Assembly: GCF_009914755.1 (NCBI RefSeq)
Contig: NC_060944.1
Reading direction: 5' to 3' (one strand)
Origin: the human T2T-CHM13v2.0 reference genome, Homo sapiens
Length of the DNA: 64,000 bases
Below are positions 1-13,842 of the stretch, piece by piece; positions within the stretch are counted from its first letter, which is position 1; each line of letters opens with the position of its first letter. The translations under genes and the position numbers were made by a program. The notes under the pieces are model-generated. The model had not been told where the DNA came from. It saw nothing but the letters and a program-made list of their open reading frames with translations, and made no database searches.

Positions 1-64
1 TAGCTGCAATTACAGGTAACACTTTTCACTCAAACAGTAAATAGAAATGGTCACCTGGTACTAA

Positions 65-438
<374 letters not shown>

Positions 439-2270
439 TAGAGACAGAGTAATAAGTACTTTGCCAGGGCCATTTCAGTGTCATGGACCTGAAGCTGTCC
501 TTAGCTTCCACAGGCTGGCTGTGGTCCTGAGAATTCTCACATGGTTTATGTTTAACCACACGTCTCCACAGGGCTCCAGCCCCGCTCACAGACCGAACCG
601 CTACTTAGCACACACTCAGTGCTCCCACGGGCAGCGTCCAGCCGAGGGGGCGTGGCACACAACCTGCCTGCCCCAGGGTCCAGGCACACCTGAGAGACTG
701 ATGGAGAGAAACTGGCCCTTCGGGGAGTGCCATGGCTGGGCCCTCCCTGCCGGACCTCCAGGTGTCCAGTTAGCTCCTTAGCCCCCGACCCCCAACAGAG
801 GGTTTTCATCTTTTACTGAAGAACTACTCCAGGGGCAGCAGCCTCAAGTTCCTTCTCAGAAGGGGCTTTGTTCGCAGGCAAATGGAGCTGGGCCCACCGT
901 GGCGAGGGGCAGCTGCAGCAGCTTGGGTCTTCAGAGCCAAGCACACTCCAGTGTGCAGGGGCCACCTGGGGGGCCGCTCAGTTGTCCAGTGGGGCCCGAG
1001 GATCCAGGGCAGAAGAATGCTGCTGGCCTATGGGCCACACGGCATCTGCAACCAGGGACTAGAGATAAGAAATGCGTGCTGTATAGGCTGTGAGTCTGGC
1101 TGGTGGGGGAGACGGGTCAGCAAAGGAGCCCTGGCCGAGGCTGGTGGAGCTGTGATGGGCCTGAGGGCTCCTGGGGGCCGAGGGGAGGAACGAGCAGGAC
1201 AGGGCCCACTGGGAGCCGCAGCAGATCCACTAGCATCACTCGTCTGCCTCCAAAAGTCAGCATGAGCACGGTTTTAGCAGGTTTGGTGAATTTGGTCTGT
1301 GATAAAATTGGAGTTCAAGAAACAAACAGGAAACTACAAGTGCCCCTTCGCCCCCAGGTCACCCGAGTGGCAGGGCAGTGACCGCTGCTCTCAGGCTGCC
1401 CAGTGTGGACCTGCCTGTCGGAATGCTCCTCCTCCACGTCCCCTCGCTCCTGTGTCCCAGCCACATGCACCTTCCCTCTACCTCTGGGATCCCTGCACCA
1501 GGTCTGCCCCTGTCTTCTCAGGGCTGCTCCTCTTGGCCCACAGGACCTCAGCTGGAATGTTGCCTCCTCCAAGAGGCCTTCCTGACTATTAGCTCACAGT
1601 GGCCACCCAGCCACACTCTGCCATGTGCTTGGGGATTGTCTGTTACTGCAACATACTGCAGCCCATACTGACACGAAGGCACCCAGTGAAGACTTGCTAA
1701 GTAATTGGACAAGAAGACCCTGGAGCTGCCCCCAGGAGAGTAATCACGCTCGATGATTGTGTGTGATGGGGACTTAGGAACTCACAGTTTAGGGGCACAG
1801 TGGGCCTGAGGCATCTCTGTAAGGGTAAGGTGAGCTTCAGGCAAACGGGGTTTGCATGGAGAACCAAGGTGCTGCACCAACACAGCAGCCCCTACAGGAA
1901 GCAGCTTGGGGAAGGCCAGTGCAGACCGCCCAAAGCACACAGCATCTGAAGCATGCTTGGCACATAGAATCTGCTTAAGGAATCAGAGACTAAAAAGATC
2001 AGCTTAAAAACAAAACAACTCTACTAAAGATGATTTTATTTATTGTCCCATCCTCACAAGGCGCTGAGAGTGTGGCCAGGCAGGCTAGACCGGCTTTTAC
2101 TGTGTTTCATTCTGCTTGCGTTCACATTTACTTTTCCTGGATAAGAGAGCACTTGCAAAGCCAAAATGCACTCCCTGAGACTCAGACGGCCCCTCCCTGA
2201 CAGCCAGACTCAGCACACAGGACTGGGCTGGGCGCCTCCCTCGCACCTTGAACATTCGAGGGCACAGTAC

Positions 2271-2367
2271 CTGTAGGTGATCCTCACTTCCGTTCCAGGC
2301 TCATCGCGCTCCCAGATCAAAGCAACGCTCTCGGGGGACTTCCGAACATGCTGGTCCAAGCAGTTGA
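2271..2367 (-). CDS. ACSS1: ACSS1 coding exon 2 (97 nt)
   Basis: Minus-strand acceptor tttttgtacag| and donor CAG|GTACTG. Encodes (V)NCLDQHVRKSPESVALIWERDEPGTEVRITY(R), a typical acetyl-CoA synthetase N-terminal segment; phase 1 matches exon 1. Confidence 0.96.
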
Positions 2368-5300
2368 CTGTACAAAAAGAGGGTTTGCGGATGTTACACT
2401 TGGTGCTTTTTGAGTGAGAATTCGGCCAGGTTGAGGGGTTGGAGCGGGTCTAGTTTGCTGTGGCTCTCTCTTCTTCCACTGACAGAGACCCTGTCCTCAT
2501 CAGTGATGATGTTTCTACCCCCTTGCAAGGAGAAGGGTGAACAAACATGATCTCAGAGGTACAAGGTGATGTCCTGCAAATATTTTGAAGTGGTTGCTTC
2601 ACACCAGTGGACCCAACCCTGGCTGCATATTGGCATCTCCTGGGCCACCCCTAGAGACCCCATCCAATGGGTCCTGGGCCTTCAAAGCCTCAAAGCCCCC
2701 ATGGTTGGTTCTGATGTGCAGCCAGGGCTGGGCACTGCAGCCTAAGCTGTTGGAAAGAACACTCAGTGCAAACAGGTTGTTCCTGTTTCAGGGCTTGGCT
2801 CCTGCAGTTCCCATGTGCCCAGTGCTGACCTGCCCCCAAGGTTAAAGGTGCAAGAAGGGACGAGGACCCAACTCCCCCACGTGTTCCACGAGCACCCAGT
2901 AAACCAGCCTTGTTCCAAGAAGTGGCTCGTGATGGGGAAATGTCCTGGTTTTGCAGAAGGCTCTGCTCCCTCCCTCTCCATTACCCAAGCTCCCACACAT
3001 GACCCTCCGGCAGAAACAGCTCTGTGGCACACCGTGAGACTGAGGATTAGCAGCACGGGGCCCCTCCGCTGGCAGGCTGGTCACTACTCATTAGATTCCA
3101 AAGCTGAGCCCCTTCTGGCAACCCTCAAGCCAGCTCTCCTCACTCACTGGCTTATCGGAGGGTCCCCAGGTATGCAGGGACATGAGCCCCATGAATGGTT
3201 TTGGGGGCAGCAGCACCCACCCACCTGGTCTCTCAGGGTCACCCCTGTAGCCTGTTTGTAAATTACACCTCAAAAAATGTAACAAATGTAGACAGATTCC
3301 AGGAAAAAATTACTAATACTAGTAAGAGACACAGGAAAGTTCTTTGAACTACTATTAACAGAAAAATAAAAGAGAAGACATGCCCAAAAAATAGAAGAAA
3401 ATAAAAACAAGAAGACAAACTAAGAAGGGGATCAGTGGCAGACCTGAATTTACACAACATCTCTGTGTGTGTTGGGGAGCTGGGGGTGCTAACCTCTGTT
3501 CACTGTGGTCATGCCAAGTGTAGCATTAACCCCACAATGTTTTGCTGGGTGTTGGGGAGTCTCTTAGGAGCAAAAAGAAGGAGCATACAACCCTGAGATG
3601 GTTTAACCCAACCAGTCCTGGGTGCCAATCCTGATCAAGGCCCCACACTGAACACTGAGGGAAATGCCAGGGCAGATTCGAAGCCCCTGCCATGGGTGCA
3701 GGAGACAGATGCAAACGTAAGAAACATGCAAAAGTGACCAAACACACAAGGCCGGTGGCGGCAGGCTCATGACACTTGTCCAAACAGGGCACTGGAGCTG
3801 AATTTACCCTGGGAAGGCAAACCCTGGGAAGTCAAGAGCAGCCTGGGGCTGAAACAATAATTACTGCAAGAGCCTCCACGGAGACAGCGCCCGCACCACC
3901 AGCATCTCCCATTATGGATGGGAGAACAGAGGCCCCGAGAAGTTAAGCTGCCTGGCCAAGGTCACACAGAGGCAGAGCTGGATTCAACGCAGGCAGATTG
4001 GCTCCACAGTCTGTCCCACCGCCCCACCCTCCAAAGTCCCCCGGTAACAGTCCAGTTCTTCACCAGGCGGTGAAGAACTGCTCTATGCAACAAGTGGGAG
4101 GGAAGCGAGCTTTGCCGGTAGTGGGGGAATTGGGGAGGAGGGATGAATCAGGCTTGGTCTTACAGACGGAAGACAGAACAGTTGAGAAGAATAGTGAGGC
4201 CAATTCAGGCAGGCGACAGGAACATGTAAACCCTGAAGGAGATGGAAAAACAACACAACTGCCAGGGAGAAAATTAATACACGGGTACAGCAGATATTAG
4301 CCAACGTGGTCCCTAGGCTGAGTCCAGCATACAGTTGTGCTAACCACCCTGACCAGGGTGTGCAGGCATGCGTGTGTGAGTCCAGTCCAATATTTAAAAA
4401 TCGAGAGCTTTCACATGAAAGCCATGGACTTCTGGCTTCTGAACAATCAGCAGGAGACCATCCCTACACAGAGAGTCCTACACCCCGCTGCCTGCCTGTC
4501 ACCTCCAGTGACTCTATGATGCTATGACAAGCCTGGGAATGTCTAGCTGAGGATCGACACTGTCTGTACCCACCATCCCCCCCGGGAGCTGGTCACAAAT
4601 GCAAATCTTCAGCCCCACCCAGACCTGCTGAGTCCCAACCAGCCTCATAAGAAGCCCCAGGAGATGTGAACCCACTCTCATATCTGAAAAGCTCTGCCTG
4701 ACATACTTGCTCCACTCCAAATTTGACCCTGGAGCCCCCCGGAAGAGTGGCCTGCCCAGGTGTAGATGAGCAAACGCCCTCTGCATGGCCTGGTGACCTG
4801 CCCAAGGCCCCAGCCAAGATGAAGCAGGAAGGGCTCGAACCACGCTGGACACTTCGCCTTGGCATTCATCTCATCGCCTCACCTGCTCCCACAGCAGCCA
4901 GGGCACCAGGACACTCTTCTCAGAAACAGTGACTGCCCAACTTCAAACAGGCCCTCACAGCCTCCCAGCCCAGCAGGACATCCTGCACCATTTTATACCA
5001 AGCAGGAAGGCAGAGGTGAGGAAGGTGGAGAGGGGCAGGCCAGCCCCAGGATGGACAGCACCCAGGTGCGGCTGGGTGGCCCGTGAGATAAGCCCTGTGT
5101 CCCTGTCTTTCCAGGGCTGACAGGTGGCCTGGGTCCAGCAGATCAGAACAGAGCCCCAAACACAGTGTCCCCCAGGTGCCTCGCCACATGCAGAGGTGCT
5201 CAAAAAGTGGCCACCAAGGCCCCAATGACCTGCCTCTCCCTGCTGACCGGGCCACATCTGGTGAGCTCCCCTGCCCTCAGGCCTTTGCTGTGGCTTCTCC

Positions 5301-7183
5301 CTGCCTGGGGCACTGTGCCCTCCTCACACCCACACTGCAGCTCTCAGCCCAAGGCGCTCACTCTCCCGAGCACCTCACTGTCCCAGACCCTGCGCATCCC
5401 CCAACTCTTCCAGATGCTCACTGCCTGCTGCGCTCCCTAGGGCGAGGGCTGAGTGTCCTGCTCAGGTCTGGGTTCAGGTAGCCTGGTCCAGAGCACAGAG
5501 CTGAGGAACAGACCACTTGCGTCCTCGAGCCAAAGGGTCATATTGAGGTGTAACTGGCACCAGGTGGTCCCCTCATGCCCAAGGGAGGGAGCAGACCTCT
5601 TCTTGTCTTTGTGGCTTCATCCCTTAAGTAGAAGACATTCTCTTTTTTGGCCCAAATCAGTGCTTCTCAACCTTGAGTGGCATCAGAAGTCCCCAGAGGA
5701 CGTGTTAGCTGCAGCCAGTGTGCCCCGTCCCCGTTCTGGGCATCTGCATTTCTAACAAGATCCTAGTGATGCAGCCGCTGCTGGTCCTGGGACCCGACTC
5801 TGACGATGTGTGCACATGGACCTACATGCACATCCCCTTTCTATGCAGATGCAAGATTTCCAATGGTTTTCTTTTTCCTTTGGGACAGGGGTGATTACAC
5901 ATACTTGCCAGCCTCATGAGCCACTGGTTGGCAGCCTGGAGTCACCACTAAAAACTCAGGGTCTAAAGTCCAGCCCCTGTCCAGCCACTCACTAACCACA
6001 GACAATGCACATATCATTTAATCCAAGCCCATTTCCTAATCCTTGGAGTGGGTATAATGATCCTTGGTCTGGGTGGGACTGGAAGGACTAGGTGCCATTG
6101 GGTTGTTTCTGGCTGTGGGTCAGATGGAGTCAAGGTGTCCCCCAAGAAGGCAAACAGAACAACCCTCCCCCATCTTTGTTCTGGCCACCATGGCTGGTGC
6201 TCAGACCACACAGGCACCTGAAGAAAGCTCCATGTGGGGTTTGGGGGACAGTGGCCCTAACACCCATGTGCACATGGCTCTTCGCACATAGTTATGGTTC
6301 CTGCTAGTGCTTCAATTTCAGGATGAAAAGGTAGAAAGGAGGGGGAGGAAGGAGGTAAGAAGGTGAGGAAGGATGGAAAGGAGGAAGGAAGTGGGGAAGA
6401 GAGGGAGGAGGAAAAGAAAGTTTAAAAAAAAATCTGCCCAAAGAAATGGGCAGTGAGACAAGAAAATTCCATTTCTCAGCATTTCCAAGAAGAGTTGGGC
6501 AAGGACCCATGGCAATTTAAAGTGTAGCTGAAACTCCACCTCCTATTTCCGGCCTTTCCCAAGTTTCCCAGCACATGATGGATGACCTGTCCTTCGCCTC
6601 TCAGAGGCCCACACCATTTCACACTGCCCCATGCTCCCTGGTGGTCCCCATTACAGGGCACAATGCCATTCCCCAAGGGCAGGGACTGTGTCCCTAAGAT
6701 TCCTTTATCATGTAGACTGGCGTTGGGAATTACATCACAATTCCCCTCCCACCTCAGTGTGGACTTACTCATTTACTGACTTATGGTTCATCTCCTCATT
6801 AGAATGTGGGCTCTGTGGTATTGAGCATTTTCTGGATTATTCATTGCTGTACATGAATTGGAGCCTTTATTTCCAAATCTGTGCAATGGGACCACCAACC
6901 ACTTCATGTTGGTGCCATGAGGATGCGACAAGCCATGCGGAGCTGAGGGCCGGCCAGCCAGGGCGCTCCATCTCGCTCACAGATGCCCAGGGCCCCACCC
7001 AGGGCCTAACACAGCTGGACGCAGTCGGCCAATGCCCGTGGCTGGGGCAGGGGTTTGGTATTTTGTTTTAAAAAGGCATTATAAGAGTATTGGGATTTCC
7101 ATTACAATCCTGACACACACGTACGAATTTTCAAGTACTCTTGTTGCTTATTTAAATACATCCCTCACACTCACACACCCTAA

Positions 7184-7592
<409 letters not shown>

Positions 7593-8929
7593 TGAGATAT
7601 TACGTCAGTCACAAAAATTGTTTTGGACAATTTTCCCAAAGCATCTGTTATTTAAAGTAAGTCGTGCCCCTGACAGCTGGGGAGGACTTGGATTCCTCGG
7701 GAGGATCCTCCTCCTAAGATTAGGGGTTCCTTTTTCATGTAGAGTTCCCTGAAAAACCTTAGAAAAGTTACTTTAATCACTGGAATCACTAGGAGGAAAA
7801 TGAAGCACAGGCGCACAGCGTCTTGCCGCTGTCAGTGTCCTGCCTTCTGAACGATTAGAGGCATGCCACAGAGAGGAAACTACAGCAAACACAGAGGAAC
7901 TACAGCAAAAGGGCCTCTGTTCCTGCAATTAATCTCCAAAAAGCATCCAAGAAATTTCCCAGTGCTCAATGCTTGGTTACAAAGAGGATTTTTACACTCT
8001 TGCTTAAGAGTACACACACTGAAAAACATCACTTAAAATTGGGGGTTTTAAAAATAGAGCTTAGCTGTGTGTTTTGAAAGCAACACATGTCATTACCCTC
8101 TGGTTCTGCATTTACAACTTCCTGACATCTTGAGTTGATATGCCACAGGGCAAAAAGAGCTGCAGAGCCCTACAAAGGACAGAGCCAAATTTCACAGGTG
8201 GGAAAGAATCCCTTTTAGAACCTGGCTCTCCAAAGAACCTTCTGCAAGGCAGTTTTACACAATAGAAGCAAGTCACAGAAGGGCACAGACACTCTGTCTA
8301 CCCTGCCCAGTGAGTCTCAGACACCATAACCTCAACTGGCTATTGGAGTTGTGGGATGGGCAGGATACTGTGGAGCTTTGAAAGCAACCTCAGCCACCTG
8401 CATGCTCTCCGAAGCCTATTCCCCACCTATCCCAGGCTGATCAGATGCAAGCCCATGTGGTCCAGTTCAGATGAAGCTCAGCTCTCTCAGCAGCACTGCC
8501 GAAGGCCAAGCACAAGGTCACAGCCTCCCCACATGCTTCATTAATAAATAACAAATAGTCAGTGACTGGGGATGTATAATGTGTTAAGAAAGTGCTGAGT
8601 GCCTTACAAGCATTTCCTCATTTCATTCTAACAGCCCTGGGATGGGTGTGCTGATAGATACTCCCATGGATAACAAAACAGGTGCAAACACTCAGGTCCC
8701 CTTCCCCAGGTCGGAAGATGCCTGATAACATCTGTGCTGGTCTCTTGGACCTCTGGTTGCAGGAAATTGCCTGGGCCCAGCCACCATGCTGTGACAAGCC
8801 CCAGGAGGTGCTTTGGGCCACAGTTCTGGCTGAAGCCAGCCTGCAAGTTGTCCCAAACCAGGCTCCAGACTTGGGAGTGAGAAACAGGCAGATGACTCCA
8901 ACCTCAGACACTGAGGAGCAGGAGCAAGT

Positions 8930-9352
8930 GTTAAATAAAATGTATAGGAGGCCACTGGTCTGGACTGAGCTGCATGAGGCCCAATAGATCACACAAAAAT
9001 GGAGTCACTCTTGCTAAAGTGCGGTGTCACCAAATGGAAACTAAGTTGTTTATCCGACCTTCTAAGAAACAAGGAGAGTGAAAGATAGCTAAATCTCCAA
9101 ACAAGCTGGCATGATAAGGGAGCTCCTTCCACTTTCACCTTTACAACAAAAGTAGCTTTGAAATAACCAGTCCACTTTTTGTTCTCCATGTCTGCATCCT
9201 TCAGCCCCTTCTGTCTATAAAACCATCCTCCTCTGTTCAGCTCATCAAACATTCCTTCTGTTTTATGGAATGGGGTGTTTCCCAATTCTATAATCACGAA
9301 TAAAGTGAAGTAAGGTCTTTAAACTAAATTTGTCCTAATTTTGCCCTTTGAC
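8930..9352 (+). mobile_element. Solo ERV1-type LTR nested in an older MaLR (MLT1-like) remnant at about 8640-9470
   Basis: Contains tataaaa and aataaa and ends in ...ctttgaca; the flanks resemble MLT1. Family from recall, boundaries approximate. Confidence 0.55.
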
Positions 9353-9717
9353 ATGAGTCATCCCCATCGGGCCCTGTCCAAAGTCCTGACTCACAGACTC
9401 TGCGAGGAATATAAAATTGTTGTTATCTTGTGTCACTAAACTTAGGGGTGGTTTGATGTACATCAATAGTAACTAGGACAGAATTCAGTTACATACGGCC
9501 CTTGTTTTACAGATGAGGAAACATGCAAAGTACAGTACAGGGAAAGCAAGAAATCAACCCGAGTCATGATTCTAAAGACACCTGGAGCCACGAAACTGTG
9601 TTGCGCCATCCACAGCCCATCATTTGCTTGCTGTTTGTTTAATAGGGCCAAGGCCAGGACACTAATCCCAATTCTGTTTTAGAAGTGCCTTCATCTGCCC
9701 TGGTTTGAGGCATACAG

Positions 9718-9907
9718 GCCAGTGGTTCTCAAGCCCGAGTGTCCTCTGGAGCATCTGAAGGGCTCGTTATAAACACAGGTGTCAGGTCCCATCCCAGGGT
9801 TTCTGATTCCAGATGTCCAGGATGGGCTCCAGAATTTGTATTTCTCAAAAGTTCTCAGGTAATGCTGATGCTGCAGGTCTGAAGACCATGCGTTGAGAAC
9901 CACTGGT
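9718..9907. mobile_element. MER5A-like hAT DNA transposon (similar copies near 2600-2740, 5657-5810, 15280-15430, 34590-34750 and 43870-44050)
   Basis: Terminal inverted repeats cagtggttctcaa ... ttgagaaccactg with the MER5-type internal quasi-palindrome. Confidence 0.8.
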
Positions 9908-11259
9908 ATTCTTGAGGGGGTGAGGTGAAGCTTTCTTCAAGAGTGATATTCCTTTGGAACAAGCCATCTGACTTTATCACACACAGCTGACAGATCAGAC
10001 CAAAGTGTTCTCATCCATCCCACGACTTTCTAGATGCTCCCAGAAGAGTCATGGCCTGGCCTGGCCCTTTTTCATACTGTCTTCTCTATGGTTTGCAGAC
10101 ACCGGCAAAGGAAAGAGATATTGCTGACCCATGAACAGGAGGGCACGCACATCCCAGGGGAGAAAGCTGCTGAAAAGCTGTTTTTCAAGTTAGTTTTCTG
10201 AAGCTCAATTTCTGGCTAACGTAGCCATAAAGGCCATATTATCAGAAGAAATAAGTGAAGGAAAAGGAGACAGAAGAATGCTTGCTGACCACACCCTGAT
10301 CCTGACCGAGCGAGGTTCAGAAGGTCCTTGCTGTTGGCCCCAGGAGGTCCGCCCCACTGTCTTATCTGAGTGGGGCTGCAAGTGTGCACAGGCCAACTGT
10401 GAATGTTCCCCATGACCTTGGCCTCACAAGTCCAGAGCAGGTCACTTTCCACCTCTGTCCTTGGGCAAGCTGCTCTAGTCTCCTTCAAGGGCACATTGCC
10501 CCAACTCTGCAAACCAAAGGGTTTGGTTTTTTTCCCACTAGTTCAAGGGCACTTGCTGCTGACTCAATGTTAAAGAAAACACTTATCTAGTAAGTGACTC
10601 ATTTTAATTAAACCAGCAAAGTAATATACAATTTCGGGGAGTGGGGGAGGTCCAAAGTTCCTTCCAATTTCTTTGAAAAATAACTGCAAGACACTATCTA
10701 TAATTGTATGACTATTTCTGAAGTTATCTAAAATCGCTACTGCTTATGGGTCACCAGTAAGCGCTGGGTCTGCTGCACACCTTGCAGCACTCAGCCTAAC
10801 CTCTGAGCATGACTGCCCCCATCCTCACAATGAGGAGACTGAGGGCTGGGGGGGCAGAACAACAAGGACAACTGAGGGAGGAGTTGGAGAAAATGGGGCC
10901 CTGGTGACCCTGCCATAAAGACCCGCAGGTCCTTTCTTAAACACTCCCAAATCCAGCAAGCTGGTTATGACCACCCTTCTGGTCTGCATCCCTCTGATCA
11001 ACACCGTGTCTGCCAGCCCCTCCCCGCAGGCCCCACACCCAGGCCCACCCTGCATCCGGAGCCCACCTCGCACTTGGCACCCACCCTGCGTGGCCAGCCC
11101 TGCCTGCAGTTCAGGGCCTCCCCCTCGGTGCCCAGTCAGCGCCTTAGGTGGGGGCGAGGGTGCTGTGTACGACCCCCAGCCCCAAATCTTAGCAGAGCAG
11201 CAGGGCCTCTGCTCAGCAAGTTCCAAACAACTGACCACCAGTCAACTGTTTGGGGCCGA

Positions 11260-13060
11260 CGTCAGACCCCGCGGGTCCAAAGCAGGCCCCAGGTCGCTGG
11301 GGTGCAGTTCTCTGAGGCCGAGAACGAGAACGGGGAGGCCGCCGTTACTTCCTTCCCGTCCACAGGCCCCAGGCCCCAGGCCCGCAGCGAAGAAATAACT
11401 GGTTCCAGCTGCCACGCCGAGTTTCCTCCTCCCCAGGTCGCCCGCCACAGCTCTGTTTGTTTACGTGGGCAGGGCTTGTCCCCAGGCTGATCCCCGGGCA
11501 CCGCAGCCCGCAGTGACAACCGCCACCGCTTTGTTTTTCCCTCCACCCCGGTATGGGAACGGGAAAGTCCCGACTCCGGGGCGCTCGGGTGTAGCCCGCG
11601 GCTCCCCGCCGGCTCTTGCTCAGCGGCGCTATGCACCCGGTAACGCAACTCTGGAGTCCGCCGAGCGAGGAGCCGCGCCGAGCAAGGCCAGCAGCGGGGC
11701 GTCCCAAGCGGCCGCCGGGTCCCCGCGGGCGCCGGCCCGAGCTGGGCACGTGGATCTGGGGCCCGATGGGATGAGGGACTGGGTGACGTGGAGCCACTGC
11801 TTAGAGCGGGCGGGGCGGACGGAATACCGGAGGAGGGGCCCCTGCAGGGCTGCGATCCGCGCTGCCCGGGGACGGCTGCCGCTGGCGAGAGGCTCCGAGT
11901 CCCCTCGGGACCCAAGAGTTAGGGGCGTCCTGGGTCTCCCGAAGCCCACTCACCAGAGACATTTAACTGGCCTCCCAGGAACCAGCCGATCTTGCCAGTG
12001 CTGAAGTCGCAGTCCCAGACGGTGTGGTAGGGGGTGTCCCACACGAGAGTGTCCCGCGCCAGAGGCCCCCAGAAGGCGGCCGGCTCCCGGGCTGCCTGTG
12101 CACTCAGCGCGGGATACGAGCCTGGCTGTGCTGCTGCTGCTGCAACTGCGGGAGCGCTGCCCGAGGGTCCCGAGGCCGCCCTGCGCGGCGCGCTCACCCC
12201 GCACGGCGGCCGCGCGGGCTGCCCCGAGAGCCCTCGCAGGCTGCCCAGCAGCCTCCCGACGCCGCGGCCCAGGGTGCGCGCCGCCATCTAGGCAGGCTAC
12301 CTGAGCTCTCTGTGCTCCCAGAGTGGGTGCCTCACGCCCGGGGCGCTCCGTGGAGTCTCCGCGGGCCCCGCCCCTGCTCCGCCCTTCGGCCACCATCCAT
12401 TCCTCCAGGGCCCCCTCCCGGAGCCCGCCCGGGTCCCACCCCTTCTTCTGCTGCCCGGGAGAGGGGGGGCCGCTTAGGAAGAGGGGAGCAGCGTGGGGAA
12501 GGGGTGCAGGGGAGCGCGGGGCGGAGCAGGGTCCCAGGCCCTGGCCCAGGCGCTGCGCTCCGGTGAGTCTGCGGTCCCACCCGGATGTTCCTCGCGTCGG
12601 CCTGTTTTGGTTTCAGTTTGCACGCTCTCCTGCAAGCCCCGACAGCTTCTTCGAGCTGCCAGAGGCACGTGCGGCCCAGGACCCCAGGACGCAGGCTCAG
12701 GGCCTGGGGCGAGGGGACCCTCTGGGATGGGGAGGAGCCGGGAGGGAGCCGGCACCAACGTTAAGGGGGCTGGTGCACCCAAGCGCACTGGTGGGTCCCA
12801 AGACAATAGGTCGGTCAGTTCCGCATCTCAGAGGCTGAAGCCAAGGTTTTCATGCCTTTGTGCGCCCCTGAGAGTGAACCCCACCCCTGGAGTCTCAGCA
12901 GCACGCGAAAGGGGCTGGCGCCTTTCTAGGCTCCCGCCTAGAAGCCAGGAGGCTGCGCAAGCCTGAGTCCGTGTTCTGGGTCCCATGCTCCAGCCCCCCA
13001 GCTGCCGGCCTCCGTCCTGGCGGGGGTCACGTCCTGCTGGGGGTCGGTGGTGGGTGATAT
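11260..13060. promoter_or_regulatory. ACSS1: ACSS1 CpG-island promoter
   Basis: Very high GC and CpG density around exon 1, GC box ccccgcccc at about 12366, no obvious TATA box. Confidence 0.9.
11954..12287 (-). CDS. ACSS1: ACSS1 coding exon 1 (334 nt): mitochondrial acetyl-CoA synthetase with transit peptide
   Basis: ATG at 12287; MAARTLGRGVGRLLGSLRGL (Arg-rich, acid-free presequence) ... AFWGPLARDTLVWDTPY ... WFLGGQLNVS; donor CTG|GTGAGT at 11953. Confidence 0.97.
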
Positions 13061-13678
13061 GGGGCGATGAGGACTTTCTCCAGTTGCTGCAGCATCTGTA
13101 GCCTGAGTTCAAACTCTGTGACCTTGAGCAAGTTCCTTAACTTCTCGGTGCCTCGTTTTCCTTTTGGGGAAGACGGAAGTAATGTCTCCCTGGGGGGCGG
13201 GGACGGCGGGGGTGGGCAGCTGCAGTAAGGAATACATTGGACAATGTCTGTCAAGCGTCTACCCTTGCGTGGCCCCATAGTAAGCTCAGTAGTGGGGATG
13301 ATGTTTTTGCAGCTGTGGAGCCAGGAAGGACAGAAGGAAACGTATAAAACTGGTCTCCACCGAGTTCTTAAATATTCTGACACCCAAGAAGTAAATTCAT
13401 AACAAACGGGTAAACACAGGGAAGAGAGATTTTGGAAAACTGGTTTATTGAGTTCTCTGTGATGGGAAAGTTTCTTTCCCTTGAGCTGTAGGGCTTGCAG
13501 AGGGGAGGAGCCTGCCATTGGAGGAGCCTCTGCGTGGGCTAGCCACCAGCCCCTGCTGGGGAATGCTGCTGTCTGCCAGAGAAGACAGGAGTGTACCTAG
13601 AGCTGGAGAATCAGTGACATCTACTAGCATAACACATGCCCTGCACAGTGCTAGCGCTTGACCTGCATTTTCTCCTTT

Positions 13679-13842
13679 ATTTATTTATGATACTTTTTTA
13701 GAGATAGGGCCTGTAGCCCAGGCTGGAGTGCAATGGTTCCCATCACAGCTCACTACAGCCTGGAACTCCTGAGCTCAAGCGATCCTCCTGACTCGGCCTC
13801 CTGAGTATCTGGAACTACAAGCGTGTGCCACGGCACCCGACT
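13679..13842 (-). mobile_element. Old Alu monomer/fragment (AluJ or FRAM-like), followed by MIR (about 13870-14020), MLT1 (about 14120-14600) and L2 remnants (about 14640-15830)
   Basis: gcccaggctggagtgcaatgg...ctcaagcgatcctcctg; neighbours recognised by diagnostic motifs (gaggaaactgag; ataaatttaagccactaaattttggg). Confidence 0.75.

Noticed and set aside
10825-12966. Overlapping 100-217 aa ORFs on both strands around ACSS1 exon 1
   Set aside because: Expected in a GC-rich CpG island; no recognisable domains; only the ACSS1 exon has splice and homology support.
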